DNA from: Vagococcus salmoninarum
Lineage (GTDB): Bacteria > Bacillota > Bacilli > Lactobacillales > Vagococcaceae
Length of the DNA: 24,000 nt
Assembly (NCBI RefSeq): GCF_003987495.1
Contig: NZ_NGJU01000009.1
Location: 38,600-62,599 of the forward strand
Direction: 5' to 3'
Positions 1 to 7,988 of this stretch are shown here, piece by piece (the first letter of the stretch is position 1; each line of letters starts with the position of its first letter). The notes under the pieces were generated by a model. That model saw only the letters and a list, made by a program, of their open reading frames with translations. It ran no database searches and was not told the DNA's origin. A program made the position numbers and the translations under genes.

Positions 1-6
1 TTATTT

Positions 7-11
7 CCTCC
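7..11 (-). promoter_or_regulatory. Shine-Dalgarno (GGAGG) for a further minus-strand gene that starts just beyond the window edge
   Basis: Reverse complement of 1-21 reads aacatatctaGGAGGaaataa, 10 nt after the EIIC stop. A start codon would fall about 6-7 nt past position 1. An EIIB gene would be expected in a ula-type operon. Confidence 0.45.
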
Positions 12-21
12 TAGATATGTT

Positions 22-1506
22 TTATTTTTTAAATTTAGTTTGATAGTCATCATAGTCATCGACGATTAAGAAATAACCTTCAGGATTTTTCCGGTATTGC
101 CATTGTGGAATCAGCAACAGTAAAATTACGACAACTGCAATTCCAGTAAAACCTAAGACTTTCATAATTACCGTGAAGGCTGGCCAAACAGTTGCCCAGT
201 CGAACATGCCAATGTAACCACCATATTGTGATAAACCAATCCAACTTGCGAATAAAGCTGAACCGCCGACTTGAATAATCCCTGACAAGAATGGGAATAA
301 ACAAGCTGCTTTAAAACCACCACGGTTATTAGCAAAGACTGCAATTACTGCATTATCGAAAAATAAAGGAATAAAGCCGGCAATGACAATTGTCGGTGAC
401 TTCATTAAAATCAATAAGCCAATCATCAAAAACTGCCCTAGTGAACCAAACAAGAAACCAACTGTCACCGCATTTGGTGAACCAAAACCAAATGTCGCTG
501 CCACATCAATGCCTGGAACAGCTCCAGGTAAAATCGTATTAGAAATTCCTTGGAAAGATTGAGTCAGTTCATCAACGAAGGTTCTAACGCCTAGTTGTAA
601 AATAGCTAAGTAAACAGCAAAGTTAAGAGAGGTCGTTAAAATATAAAAGAGAAAACTTTGACCTTCTTGCATAAATTCTGCAGCGATTAAATAATCTTGA
701 CCTAAGACAAGTAAAATAATTCCGAAAAAGAAGAGCATTAGTAAAGAAGTCGCTACCATATTTTCATTAAAGATTGATAAAAAGCCTGGTAACTCAATGT
801 CTTCTAATTTTTTGTCTCCTTTAGACTTTTTACCTTTTTTCTCATCATGTTTTTTTAATTTTTCAGCTAACTTTGCAAAAAAGTAAACACCAAACATTTG
901 TTGATGAGCGATAGCAAAACCAGCCCCCTCGGTTAATTCTTGAGTAATATCAACAGTTAAATTGGAACCGACTGCCCAGTAACAGCCTAAAATTAAGCCC
1001 ATTGAAATTAAAACTTCGATTCTTCCAAGGTTTGGGAAACAAAATAGCAAAATCCAAAAAGCGGTAGCAGCTTGTTGCACTTGGACATTCCCAGTTGTAA
1101 AAACAGCTCGTAACTTCGTATATTTTTGAAATCTCACAAGTAAAATGTTCATGACAAAGGCAATTAATAATAAAATCATGACGTCGCCAAACGTTTTGCC
1201 AAAAGTTTCCATTAAGCCGGCATCAACCGCATTTTGACCAAAGTAGGGATCTGTCACCATGGCATCTAAGTTAAAACGTTCTTTTAAACCGACTAAAATT
1301 GGGCGAAAGTTATTGACTAACCCACCAGAACCCACTGTCAAAATAAAGTAACCGACTGTGGCTTTCAAAAACCCCGCTAGACACTCATACAAGGGACGCT
1401 TCAATAACAAGTACCCTAACAACACAATAAATCCAATTAAGTAGGCTGGTTGCGTCAGAATATTTTTAGCAAAATATTCCCACATAGTCATCAATACATC
1501 TAACAT
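22..1506 (-). CDS. ulaA: PTS ascorbate-family EIIC permease (UlaA/SgaT-like)
   Basis: 494-aa polytopic membrane ORF whose N-terminus and overall layout resemble UlaA/SgaT as I recall it. AGGAGG lies 6 nt upstream of the ATG at 1506. Co-directional with ulaG and an EIIA gene, with 13-16 nt gaps. Confidence 0.87.
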   Translation of the reverse strand: MLDVLMTMWEYFAKNILTQPAYLIGFIVLLGYLLLKRPLYECLAGFLKATVGYFILTVGSGGLVNNFRPILVGLKERFNLDAMVTDPYFGQNAVDAGLMETFGKTFGDVMILLLIAFVMNILLVRFQKYTKLRAVFTTGNVQVQQAATAFWILLFCFPNLGRIEVLISMGLILGCYWAVGSNLTVDITQELTEGAGFAIAHQQMFGVYFFAKLAEKLKKHDEKKGKKSKGDKKLEDIELPGFLSIFNENMVATSLLMLFFFGIILLVLGQDYLIAAEFMQEGQSFLFYILTTSLNFAVYLAILQLGVRTFVDELTQSFQGISNTILPGAVPGIDVAATFGFGSPNAVTVGFLFGSLGQFLMIGLLILMKSPTIVIAGFIPLFFDNAVIAVFANNRGGFKAACLFPFLSGIIQVGGSALFASWIGLSQYGGYIGMFDWATVWPAFTVIMKVLGFTGIAVVVILLLLIPQWQYRKNPEGYFLIVDDYDDYQTKFKK

Positions 1507-1519
1507 AATTATCCTCCTT

Positions 1520-1975
1520 TTATTCGTATTCCCTCATCACTTGCTCATAATCTTCAATGCTACTCGTCGCTACTAGTTTTTCAATTAAGCCTTCCGTCAT
1601 TAATAACTCCGATAGTTTTGTTATATTTGCTAAATGCTCTTCAGTATTTTTAGCTGCTAAAGTAAAAAATAGCGTTGCCTCTTTGTCTTCAGTTTCGTCA
1701 TCAAAAAGGACTGGTGACTGCATTTTTGTGAAAGAAATCCCAGTTCCAAAAACCCCTTGACTCTCTCCAGATGAGTGAGGCATGGCGACTTGAGGAACAA
1801 TCACAATGTAAGGACCATGCTCTTCCACACAAGCAATTATTTCAGTAATATAACTTTCGTCAATCACCTTTTTTTCTAATAATAGTTGGCAACTTTCAGT
1901 GATAGCTTCCCGCCAATTCAGGTTATTTTTTTCAGAGTATCTGATCAAATGGTTGTCATAAAAGTAATTTAACAT
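1520..1975 (-). CDS. PTS EIIA component, type-2 (mannitol/fructose/ascorbate class, UlaC-like)
   Basis: Contains the EIIA-2 style phospho-His context VAMPHSS. I place the start at M24 of the track ORF (ATG 1975) because AAGAGGAG lies 8 nt upstream, and the longer ORF would overlap the ulaG 3' end. Confidence 0.85.
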   Translation of the reverse strand: MLNYFYDNHLIRYSEKNNLNWREAITESCQLLLEKKVIDESYITEIIACVEEHGPYIVIVPQVAMPHSSGESQGVFGTGISFTKMQSPVLFDDETEDKEATLFFTLAAKNTEEHLANITKLSELLMTEGLIEKLVATSSIEDYEQVMREYE

Positions 1976-1991
1976 CTCGTCTGCTCCTCTT

Positions 1992-3059
1992 TTATAAAAA
2001 TGATGGAAAGGGTGTGTCATTTTGAATACTAAAGGCATCATCAAAGCCGCGATTAAAATTAAACTCTAAATCGTCTTTGTTAGTTGGGTAAGTAAACTTT
2101 CCACCCACTTGCCAAATATACGGTTTGAATTGATAGTTTAAACGATTTTTTTTCATTTCCCATAAAGCCGTAATCTCTTTAGGGTCAGCCATGAAATTTG
2201 CCCAAATATCATAGTGAACTGGTATCACAACCTGAGTTTTAAGGGCTTCTGCCATTCGCAACATATCAACTGAAGTGACTTTGTCGGTAATCCCCCGTGG
2301 GTTTTCGCCGTAAGCACCGAGACAGACATCAACTTGATAATTATTACCATGTTCAGCAAATTTATTACAGTAGTGAGAGTCACCAGCATGGTAGATATTA
2401 CCACCTGACGTGCAAAACAAATAATTTACAGCAATTAAGTCCATATCTTGAGGAACTTGACCTTTTAACCTTTCTTCAGGATTATCCCAAGTAATTAAAG
2501 CTGTTCGATCAAAGGCTTCTAAAGCAACAAGCTTGATGTCTTTCACAACAACTTCATCTCCTGGTTTTACGACAATCGTCTTCTCCACAGGTATTCCCCA
2601 ATTTAACCACGTCTGAACCACTTCTTTTGGGCCAATAAATTTAGCCTCAGGACAATTTTTGTGAACAGCTGCTGCCGTATGAATATCTAAGTGATCGCTA
2701 TGAATATGAGTAACGACTAAGGCATCAACATCTTTGATTTCAAAAGGATCGATGACAAAAGGTTGTGTTCTTAAATTAGGTTGCATTTTTTGGACACCAC
2801 TCATTCGCATCATTTGATGACCTTTTTTCATTAAACCATCACCGTGAGTTCGTTTGCCGGTACCGCACCAAAGATCACATAGAATATTGGTTCCTTGATC
2901 TGATTTTAACCAAATACCAGTACAGCCGAGCCACCACATTGAAACAGTATTTTTTTGAACTTCTTCGGCTGCAATCTCTTCATTTAGCCATGTTCCCCAT
3001 TCAGGAAAAACGGCCTTTACCCAGGCTTCTTTCGTGATGCTATTGACATGTTGACTCAT
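1992..3059 (-). CDS. ulaG: L-ascorbate-6-phosphate lactonase (metallo-beta-lactamase fold)
   Basis: 355 aa. Near-colinear by eye with E. coli UlaG (354 aa): [30 protein letters not shown], HxHxDH metal motif (THIHSDHLD), [19 protein letters not shown]-terminal PSFL. GGAGG lies 7 nt upstream of the ATG. Confidence 0.93.
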   Translation of the reverse strand: MSQHVNSITKEAWVKAVFPEWGTWLNEEIAAEEVQKNTVSMWWLGCTGIWLKSDQGTNILCDLWCGTGKRTHGDGLMKKGHQMMRMSGVQKMQPNLRTQPFVIDPFEIKDVDALVVTHIHSDHLDIHTAAAVHKNCPEAKFIGPKEVVQTWLNWGIPVEKTIVVKPGDEVVVKDIKLVALEAFDRTALITWDNPEERLKGQVPQDMDLIAVNYLFCTSGGNIYHAGDSHYCNKFAEHGNNYQVDVCLGAYGENPRGITDKVTSVDMLRMAEALKTQVVIPVHYDIWANFMADPKEITALWEMKKNRLNYQFKPYIWQVGGKFTYPTNKDDLEFNFNRGFDDAFSIQNDTPFPSFL

Positions 3060-3091
3060 AAAAATTCCTCCTATCCATTACTTACAAGTTC

Positions 3092-3120
3092 ATACTATCG
3101 CCTTTTTTTCTTTATGAAAA
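3092..3120 (-). promoter_or_regulatory. Candidate sigma-A promoter for the ulaG operon (TTTTCA-17 nt-TAGTAT)
   Basis: Read on the minus strand. The -10 TAGTAT is the complement of 3092-3097 and the -35 TTTTCA is the complement of 3115-3120. Gives a ~26-nt leader. Weak -35. Confidence 0.3.
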
Positions 3121-3126
3121 CCCTTT

Positions 3127-3162
3127 TATATGACTTTATGATTTTTATATGATTTTATGATT
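3127..3162. repeat. Tandem direct repeat TATATGA(C/T)TTTATGATT x2 (19-bp period) in the divergent ulaG/deoR control region
   Basis: 3127-3143 and 3146-3162 are identical at 16 of 17 positions. Four TATGA(Y) cores at 3129, 3138, 3148 and 3157 recur every 9-10 bp. Confidence 0.6.
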
Positions 3163-3179
3163 CCATTGTTCATCTTTAG

Positions 3180-3188
3180 TGGTAATAT
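3180..3188 (+). promoter_or_regulatory. Extended -10 element (TGgTAATAT) for the DeoR-family regulator gene
   Basis: TGNTAATAT lies 34 nt upstream of the ATG at 3222. AGGAAGG RBS at 3204-3210. No good -35. Confidence 0.4.
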
Positions 3189-3221
3189 GGTCATATAAAG
3201 ATTAGGAAGGTAGGTTTCTTA

Positions 3222-3989
3222 ATGAAAAATTCAATTGAAAATATTCAGATACGTCAAGCCAGTATCTTACTTCTACTCCAAAAGAAAGGAGAACTGACTG
3301 CCAAAGACTTAGCTGAAGAACTTAAGGTCTCCCTTAGTACTATCCGCAGAGACTTAATCATTTTAGAAAATAAAAATGATATTATTCGGAAGCATGGCTA
3401 TTGCCTCTTTAACTTTAAAAACAAAGAACATTTTGATGAAACCGGTCCCCTAGTAATCAAGAATTTGATTGGCAAAGAAGCTGCTAAATTCATTAATAAT
3501 TATGACAGCGTTTTTATTAACACGAGTTCAACAGCCCTTTCAACTCTTGATTATGTCACTGCTGACTACTTAACAATTATTTCTAATAATTTAAAATTAA
3601 AACACAAACAACACATTCAACATTCCACCTATCTACTAACTGGTGGGGAGATGCGTTTTCCAAAAGAAGCTTTAGTTGGTGATATTGCGATTAATACGAT
3701 TACAGGAATGAATGCTGATGTTTGCATCATTGGATGTAACGGTGTTGATTTAGAAAATGGCGTCACTACAAAAATTCTTCATGAAGCTAAAATTAATGAA
3801 GTCATGATTAATCAGACCCGTTCTAAACGAATTTTAGTGGCTGACCATCGAAAAATCGGCCAAACATCTAAATTCAAAATCGCCGACCTTTCAGTCTTTG
3901 ACTACTTGATTACTGACCAATACAGTTCAGCGCCGACTTTAAAGGCGATTGAGAAGTTAGGCTTGCAAGTCATTCAAGTGTTTGTGTGA
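3222..3989 (+). CDS. DeoR/GlpR-family transcriptional regulator (UlaR-like by context)
   Basis: 255 aa. N-terminal HTH (LTAKDLAEELKVSLSTIRRDL) followed by a DeoR C-terminal sugar-phosphate-sensor-like domain. Divergent from the ula-type operon. Confidence 0.85.
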   Translation: MKNSIENIQIRQASILLLLQKKGELTAKDLAEELKVSLSTIRRDLIILENKNDIIRKHGYCLFNFKNKEHFDETGPLVIKNLIGKEAAKFINNYDSVFINTSSTALSTLDYVTADYLTIISNNLKLKHKQHIQHSTYLLTGGEMRFPKEALVGDIAINTITGMNADVCIIGCNGVDLENGVTTKILHEAKINEVMINQTRSKRILVADHRKIGQTSKFKIADLSVFDYLITDQYSSAPTLKAIEKLGLQVIQVFV

Positions 3990-3995
3990 CAGCTA

Positions 3996-4077
3996 AAAAC
4001 CTCATTGTGTCAGAATTAACTAAAGGCTAGCTTCTGCTAATTCACCTTTGATTCTTCGACACAATGAGGTTTTAAAT
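3996..4077 (+). terminator. Long rod-like hairpin: 16-bp perfect inverted repeat with a structured 46-nt interior, followed by TTTT. Probable terminator of the DeoR gene.
   Basis: AAAACCTCATTGTGTC (3996-4011) pairs with GACACAATGAGGTTTT (4058-4073). Further inner pairs are AGAAT/ATTCT, AAAGG/CCTTT and TAGC/GCTA. Starts 7 nt after the stop codon. Confidence 0.5.
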
Positions 4078-4175
4078 TAAAAGCAACTAATTGTTTACAT
4101 CAAGGCAATCCTAGCTAACTAATCAAAAGAGGAAACTAACCTTTATCCTTCCTTTTTCTAAATAAAATAAAAAAG

Positions 4176-4211
4176 AAAAAAATAAGCCCACGTAGACTGG
4201 CTTATTTTTTT
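4176..4211. terminator. Rho-independent terminator, bidirectional in appearance, downstream of the OppA-like gene
   Basis: ATAAGCC (4182-4188) pairs with GGCTTAT (4199-4205). Flanked by an A-run (a T-run on the minus strand) and a T-run. Confidence 0.7.
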
Positions 4212-4223
4212 GCTTAAAACTAT

Positions 4224-5864
4224 TTATTTTTCAATCGAAACATTTTTATAATAAGGACTACCTAAGGCGCGATAGACGAGACCTTTGACTTCTTCTTTCA
4301 CTAAGTAACTTTCACTACTTTGATAAAGCGGGGTGACTGGGGCATTGTCAATTAATAATTTATGAGCTGCTAGTAAGGTTTCCCAGCGTTTTTGATTATC
4401 ATTCACATAAGTCGTCGCAGCAGTCTTTAATAATGCTGTGTATTCAGCGTTATCCCACTTACCGTAGTTTTGGGTGGTGCCAGCATTAACTAGTTGTAAG
4501 AAATCGTAGGGGTCTGCATAGGTTGCTGCCCAACCAGCTAAGACAAAATCAAAGTTACCTTTACTCATAGCGTCTAAGCGATTGTTAAAAGGAACTGTCG
4601 AGACATTGACTTTTAAGCCAGCTAATTCACTAGTTAAGACGCCTTGAACATACTCCGCTAGCTTCTTAGCCGAATCAGTATCAGAGGCTAGTAGCGTGAC
4701 TTCAGCTTGATCAAGCTGTAACTCAGCCTTAGCTTTTTCCCAGTGTGCCTTGCCAGCTTCAATATCTGGTGTTAGTAACTTACCAGATTTTTCTGAAAAG
4801 TCTTCTTCCGTTTCCGGGTTAATGATGCCAGAAGGAACAAAGCCATAGAGTTCCTTAGAGCCGTCTCCTAAAATATTACTAGCAATTTGTTGTGAATCAA
4901 TCACTTTTGAAATTGCTAAACGAGCTTCTTTGTTTGCAAAAATAGCATTTTCAAAATTATATTGAATGTAATAATTTCCAGGGTACTCTCTTAAAACTAA
5001 GTCTTGGTTAGCACTTTCTTGTTGAGCAAATTCCCCTTTGACTTGAATGACTTCAACTTCATCTGAGTTGTATAAGTTCAAACTAGTGCCATTTTCTTTA
5101 ACTACTTGGACAGCAATTTCATCAAGTTTAACTTTATCTGCTTGATAGTAACTATCATTCTTAAGATATTTCCAAGTCATGCCAGTGCCATCCCATTCCG
5201 CTAATTCGAAAGGTCCGTTAGACAGGACGCTGTCACTATTCATACCATACTGGTCGCCTTTTTCTTCAACAAACTTTTGGTTTTGTGGGTAAAAAGTCGG
5301 CTTAGCTAAAATCGAGCTTAAGTAAGGAATCGGGTACTCTAAATTAATTTCTAACGTAAAGTCATCAAGGGCTTTCACACCTAATTCACTAGGATTTTTT
5401 TTACCTGTGACAACTTCACTATAATTTAAAAAGCCGTCGAATAAGTAGGCGTATTCAGAAGCAGTTTTAGGATCCACTGTTCGTTGCCAAGAATAAACAA
5501 AGTCATGGGCGGTAACTGGCTCACCGTTACTCCAAGTGGCATTCTCTTTTAAAGCAATCGTATACTTTTTGCCATCATTAGTCGGTTTGACAACTTCTTT
5601 AGCAATCGCTGGTTGACTGCTGCTATTATCAGCAAATTCGTACAAGCCTTCCATTACTTGGCTAATTGCCGAAAAACTCACAACGTCTGTTGCTTGTGAT
5701 AAATCCATCGTCGGTAGCTCCGACATTTCGACAACTCGTAAAACTTGGCTAGTTTCTCCCGTTGGCTTATCCGTTGCTGTTTCTTGTTCCTTACTACTAC
5801 AACTAGCTAAGGCTATTGTACTCCCTAATATCAATAAACTTATCCCGAGTTTTTTGATTGTCAT
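4224..5864 (-). CDS. Peptide/oligopeptide ABC transporter substrate-binding lipoprotein (OppA family, SBP family 5)
   Basis: 546 aa. Signal peptide with lipobox LASC (Cys22). Size and motifs are typical of Gram-positive OppA/DppA-type binding proteins. No permease or ATPase genes adjacent. Confidence 0.85.
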   Translation of the reverse strand: MTIKKLGISLLILGSTIALASCSSKEQETATDKPTGETSQVLRVVEMSELPTMDLSQATDVVSFSAISQVMEGLYEFADNSSSQPAIAKEVVKPTNDGKKYTIALKENATWSNGEPVTAHDFVYSWQRTVDPKTASEYAYLFDGFLNYSEVVTGKKNPSELGVKALDDFTLEINLEYPIPYLSSILAKPTFYPQNQKFVEEKGDQYGMNSDSVLSNGPFELAEWDGTGMTWKYLKNDSYYQADKVKLDEIAVQVVKENGTSLNLYNSDEVEVIQVKGEFAQQESANQDLVLREYPGNYYIQYNFENAIFANKEARLAISKVIDSQQIASNILGDGSKELYGFVPSGIINPETEEDFSEKSGKLLTPDIEAGKAHWEKAKAELQLDQAEVTLLASDTDSAKKLAEYVQGVLTSELAGLKVNVSTVPFNNRLDAMSKGNFDFVLAGWAATYADPYDFLQLVNAGTTQNYGKWDNAEYTALLKTAATTYVNDNQKRWETLLAAHKLLIDNAPVTPLYQSSESYLVKEEVKGLVYRALGSPYYKNVSIEK

Positions 5865-5891
5865 ATTAACAACTCCTTCATTTTTCTTAGT

Positions 5892-6968
5892 TTAAAAACT
5901 GGCAATGATTTCTTTGTTTAAATGTTTGATTAACTCTAAAGCTAATTTCTTAGCACTAACAAAATCTTCGTAGGCGCTATAACCGTAATGGGTATGGGCA
6001 TAACGGACAGGGATGCCAATAACAATACAAGGGACACCTCTGTTAACTAAATTAATCACTGCACCATTTGTGCCGCCACCTTTTCTGACTGATGCTTGAA
6101 CTGGAATCCCTAACTCTTTCGCTAAGTCTAAAGCAAATTTTTGAAAGCGGGGATTAGTAATCATCGAAACATCAAAATGTCGTAACATCGGCCCTTTTTT
6201 CAAAGCTGACTGAATCATATAATCCTCTTCAAAAGTATCATCTGCGGGACAGCCTTCAAAAGCAATCGCAATATCTGGTTGAACGTTACGAGCTGCCACC
6301 GTCGCCCCTCTTTCGCCAACTTCTTCTTGACTAGTTAAAGTTGCTATGATATTCAAGTCACTTGCTAAACTAGCAGATTCTTGTAAAGTTTCTAACAAAC
6401 AAGCACAGCCAATGCGGCAATCAAAAGCTTTGCCCGTTAGCACTTCTAAGTTTTCATCATAAGCAAACTGACCTTCTGGAACAACTGGGGCGCCAATTTC
6501 TATTTTTAATTTTTCCATAACTTCTTGAGCACTTGTCGCCCCTAAATCAATGACCATATCTTCAATGCTTAGTGGTTGATTCCGTTCTTTCTCTGACATA
6601 AAATGTGGCGGTTTGCTTGCGATAATCCCAGATAAGTAATGTCCTTGACTATTGCGAACTCGGACGCGATGAGCAGGAATATTATTTGGAACCCACCCCC
6701 CTAAAGGTAAAAAGCGCAAAGTTCCATTAGGTTTGATCGCCTGAACGATAAAACCAACTTCATCCATATGAGCATCTAGTAAAATAGTTGGCTTAGCTGG
6801 GTCTGCCTTCCTAGTTGTCAGATAAAGATTGCGCATGTGATCTTCTTTTATGGTGGCAAAGTCCGCCGCATATTCTTTTGCCACAGTAACTACTTCATCT
6901 TCAAAACCTGAAACCCCATTAGCTTGAGATAAGTTTTTGATTAATTCAATTGACTCTTTGTTAATCAT
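5892..6968 (-). CDS. M42-family metalloaminopeptidase (PepA/FrvX/YsdC-like glutamyl aminopeptidase)
   Basis: 358 aa. N-terminal GVSGFE motif, LDAHMDEVGF metal-ligand context and SQEEVGERGA, all characteristic of M42. GGAGG RBS upstream. Confidence 0.85.
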   Translation of the reverse strand: MINKESIELIKNLSQANGVSGFEDEVVTVAKEYAADFATIKEDHMRNLYLTTRKADPAKPTILLDAHMDEVGFIVQAIKPNGTLRFLPLGGWVPNNIPAHRVRVRNSQGHYLSGIIASKPPHFMSEKERNQPLSIEDMVIDLGATSAQEVMEKLKIEIGAPVVPEGQFAYDENLEVLTGKAFDCRIGCACLLETLQESASLASDLNIIATLTSQEEVGERGATVAARNVQPDIAIAFEGCPADDTFEEDYMIQSALKKGPMLRHFDVSMITNPRFQKFALDLAKELGIPVQASVRKGGGTNGAVINLVNRGVPCIVIGIPVRYAHTHYGYSAYEDFVSAKKLALELIKHLNKEIIASF

Positions 6969-7120
6969 TTTGTTCCTCCTAGTTCTTATTAAAATTAGAT
7001 TAGTTTAATTAGAGTTTTCTAATACATAAACTTTAGTATACGGAAAAAATTCAAATAAATCTAGTTATTTTACTTAACTAGATGATGTTTTTTTAAGTTT
7101 CTCTTGAAAATTCACCAACT

Positions 7121-7164
7121 AAAAAAGCCTCTAACTAACTTGTCATCAAGTCAGTCAGAAGCTT
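7121..7164 (-). terminator. Rho-independent terminator after the DUF2200 gene
   Basis: On the minus strand: AAGCTTCTGACTGACTTG-ATGA-CAAGTTAGTTAGAGGCTT (18-bp stem including 3 G-U pairs) followed by TTTTTT. Confidence 0.8.
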
Positions 7165-7177
7165 CTAAAGAGTTTTT

Positions 7178-7528
7178 TTATTGCCGTAAAATTTTCTCCA
7201 TCTTCTTCCCTTTCGCTAATTCGTCAATTAACTTATCCATGTAACGAATTTTTTGCATCAAAGGGTCTTCAATTTCTTCCACCCGATAACCACAGATCAC
7301 ACCTTTAATTAAGCTCACATTAGGATTTAAAGCTGGTGCTTCGGCGAAGAACGTTTCAAAATCAACCATCTTTTCGATTTGACTGACTAACTGGTCTTGG
7401 TCATAACCGGTTAACCATTGGATCACTTGATCAACTTCTGCCTTAGTCCGGTCCTTTTTCTCGACTTTAGTAATATATAAAGGATAGACACTAGCAAAAC
7501 TCATCTTAAATATTTTTGGTTCCTTCAT
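7178..7528 (-). CDS. DUF2200-family protein (function unknown)
   Basis: 116 aa. The N-terminus [34 protein letters not shown] matches my recollection of the DUF2200 family. AAAGGAG RBS upstream. Confidence 0.7.
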   Translation of the reverse strand: MKEPKIFKMSFASVYPLYITKVEKKDRTKAEVDQVIQWLTGYDQDQLVSQIEKMVDFETFFAEAPALNPNVSLIKGVICGYRVEEIEDPLMQKIRYMDKLIDELAKGKKMEKILRQ

Positions 7529-7558
7529 TATTCCACTCCTTTCTAGCTAGGTTCTTCA

Positions 7559-7888
7559 TTAAGCTTTGATATAACGATAGCTGTCTTCTTGTAACTCAAC
7601 TAAGCGGTAAATCCCGGCTGGAACAACTTCGACCCCTTCTAATAAGTCTGCTACGTTTATTTCTAAACTGTTTAAAGAATTTTGGCAAGCAGAAAAAGTC
7701 ACGCCACTAGCTCTTAAAACCGTCACTTTAGCTTGATAGTCTGGTTCTAAATAAGCTTTAACTCCTTGACTGTTGGCAACAACTTCGATTGTTAGTGTCT
7801 CTTCAGTGGCTTTGATTAAGTTTTTAACATTACTTAAGGCACCACTAAATTTCTCTGCTTCTGATACGTGAACAACAACTTTGACCAT
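7559..7888 (-). CDS. DsrE/DsrF-like (COG1416-type) small protein
   Basis: MVKVVVHV... beta-alpha layout with SACQNS near the conserved-Cys position of DsrE-like proteins. I prefer the ATG at 7888 (GGAGG 8 nt upstream) over the TTG at 7903 used in the ORF track. Confidence 0.65.
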   Translation of the reverse strand: MVKVVVHVSEAEKFSGALSNVKNLIKATEETLTIEVVANSQGVKAYLEPDYQAKVTVLRASGVTFSACQNSLNSLEINVADLLEGVEVVPAGIYRLVELQEDSYRYIKA

Positions 7889-7927
7889 TTCCAGGACCTC
7901 CAATTTCAGTAATTTTTTATTACATTT

Positions 7928-7957
7928 ATTGTATCATACCCTCTGAATTATTCTGAA
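7928..7957 (-). promoter_or_regulatory. Candidate promoter for the DsrE-like/DUF2200 pair: TTCAGA-18 nt-TGaTACAAT (extended -10)
   Basis: Read on the minus strand. The -10 is the complement of 7928-7933, with TG at 7935-7936. The -35 is the complement of 7952-7957 and lies within the direct repeat ATTCAGA-ATA-ATTCAGA. Confidence 0.5.
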
Positions 7958-7988
7958 TGATTGAGCCCTTCTTGTGATCTGTTAACGT

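Noticed and set aside
80-304. Short ORFs nested in or antisense to large genes: 80-304(-), 1557-1760(+), 2297-2494(+), 10703-10951(+), 14263-14490(+), 14907-15161(+), 15168-15437(+), 17318-17524(+), 19768-19980(+), 20194-20397(-), 22542-22763(+), 23558-23740(+)
   Set aside because: Each lies wholly inside a longer ORF with clear family-level similarity. They have no convincing RBS and have low-complexity or odd composition. I treat them as frame artefacts.
1976-2044. N-terminal extensions of track ORFs: 1520-2044, 11453-11896, 7559-7903, 12751-13863, 17708-18865
   Set aside because: The extended versions overlap the upstream gene or start at a TTG directly abutting or lacking an RBS. Internal ATG codons with well-spaced GGAG-type RBSs give lengths that match the families.
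7101-7116. CodY-box-like sequence (minus strand AATTTTCAAGAGAAA) upstream of the M42/OppA-like operon
   Set aside because: Only about 10 of 15 positions match AATTTTCWGAAAATT. It sits right at the upstream terminator, and the mismatches fall in one half-site. Too weak to call.
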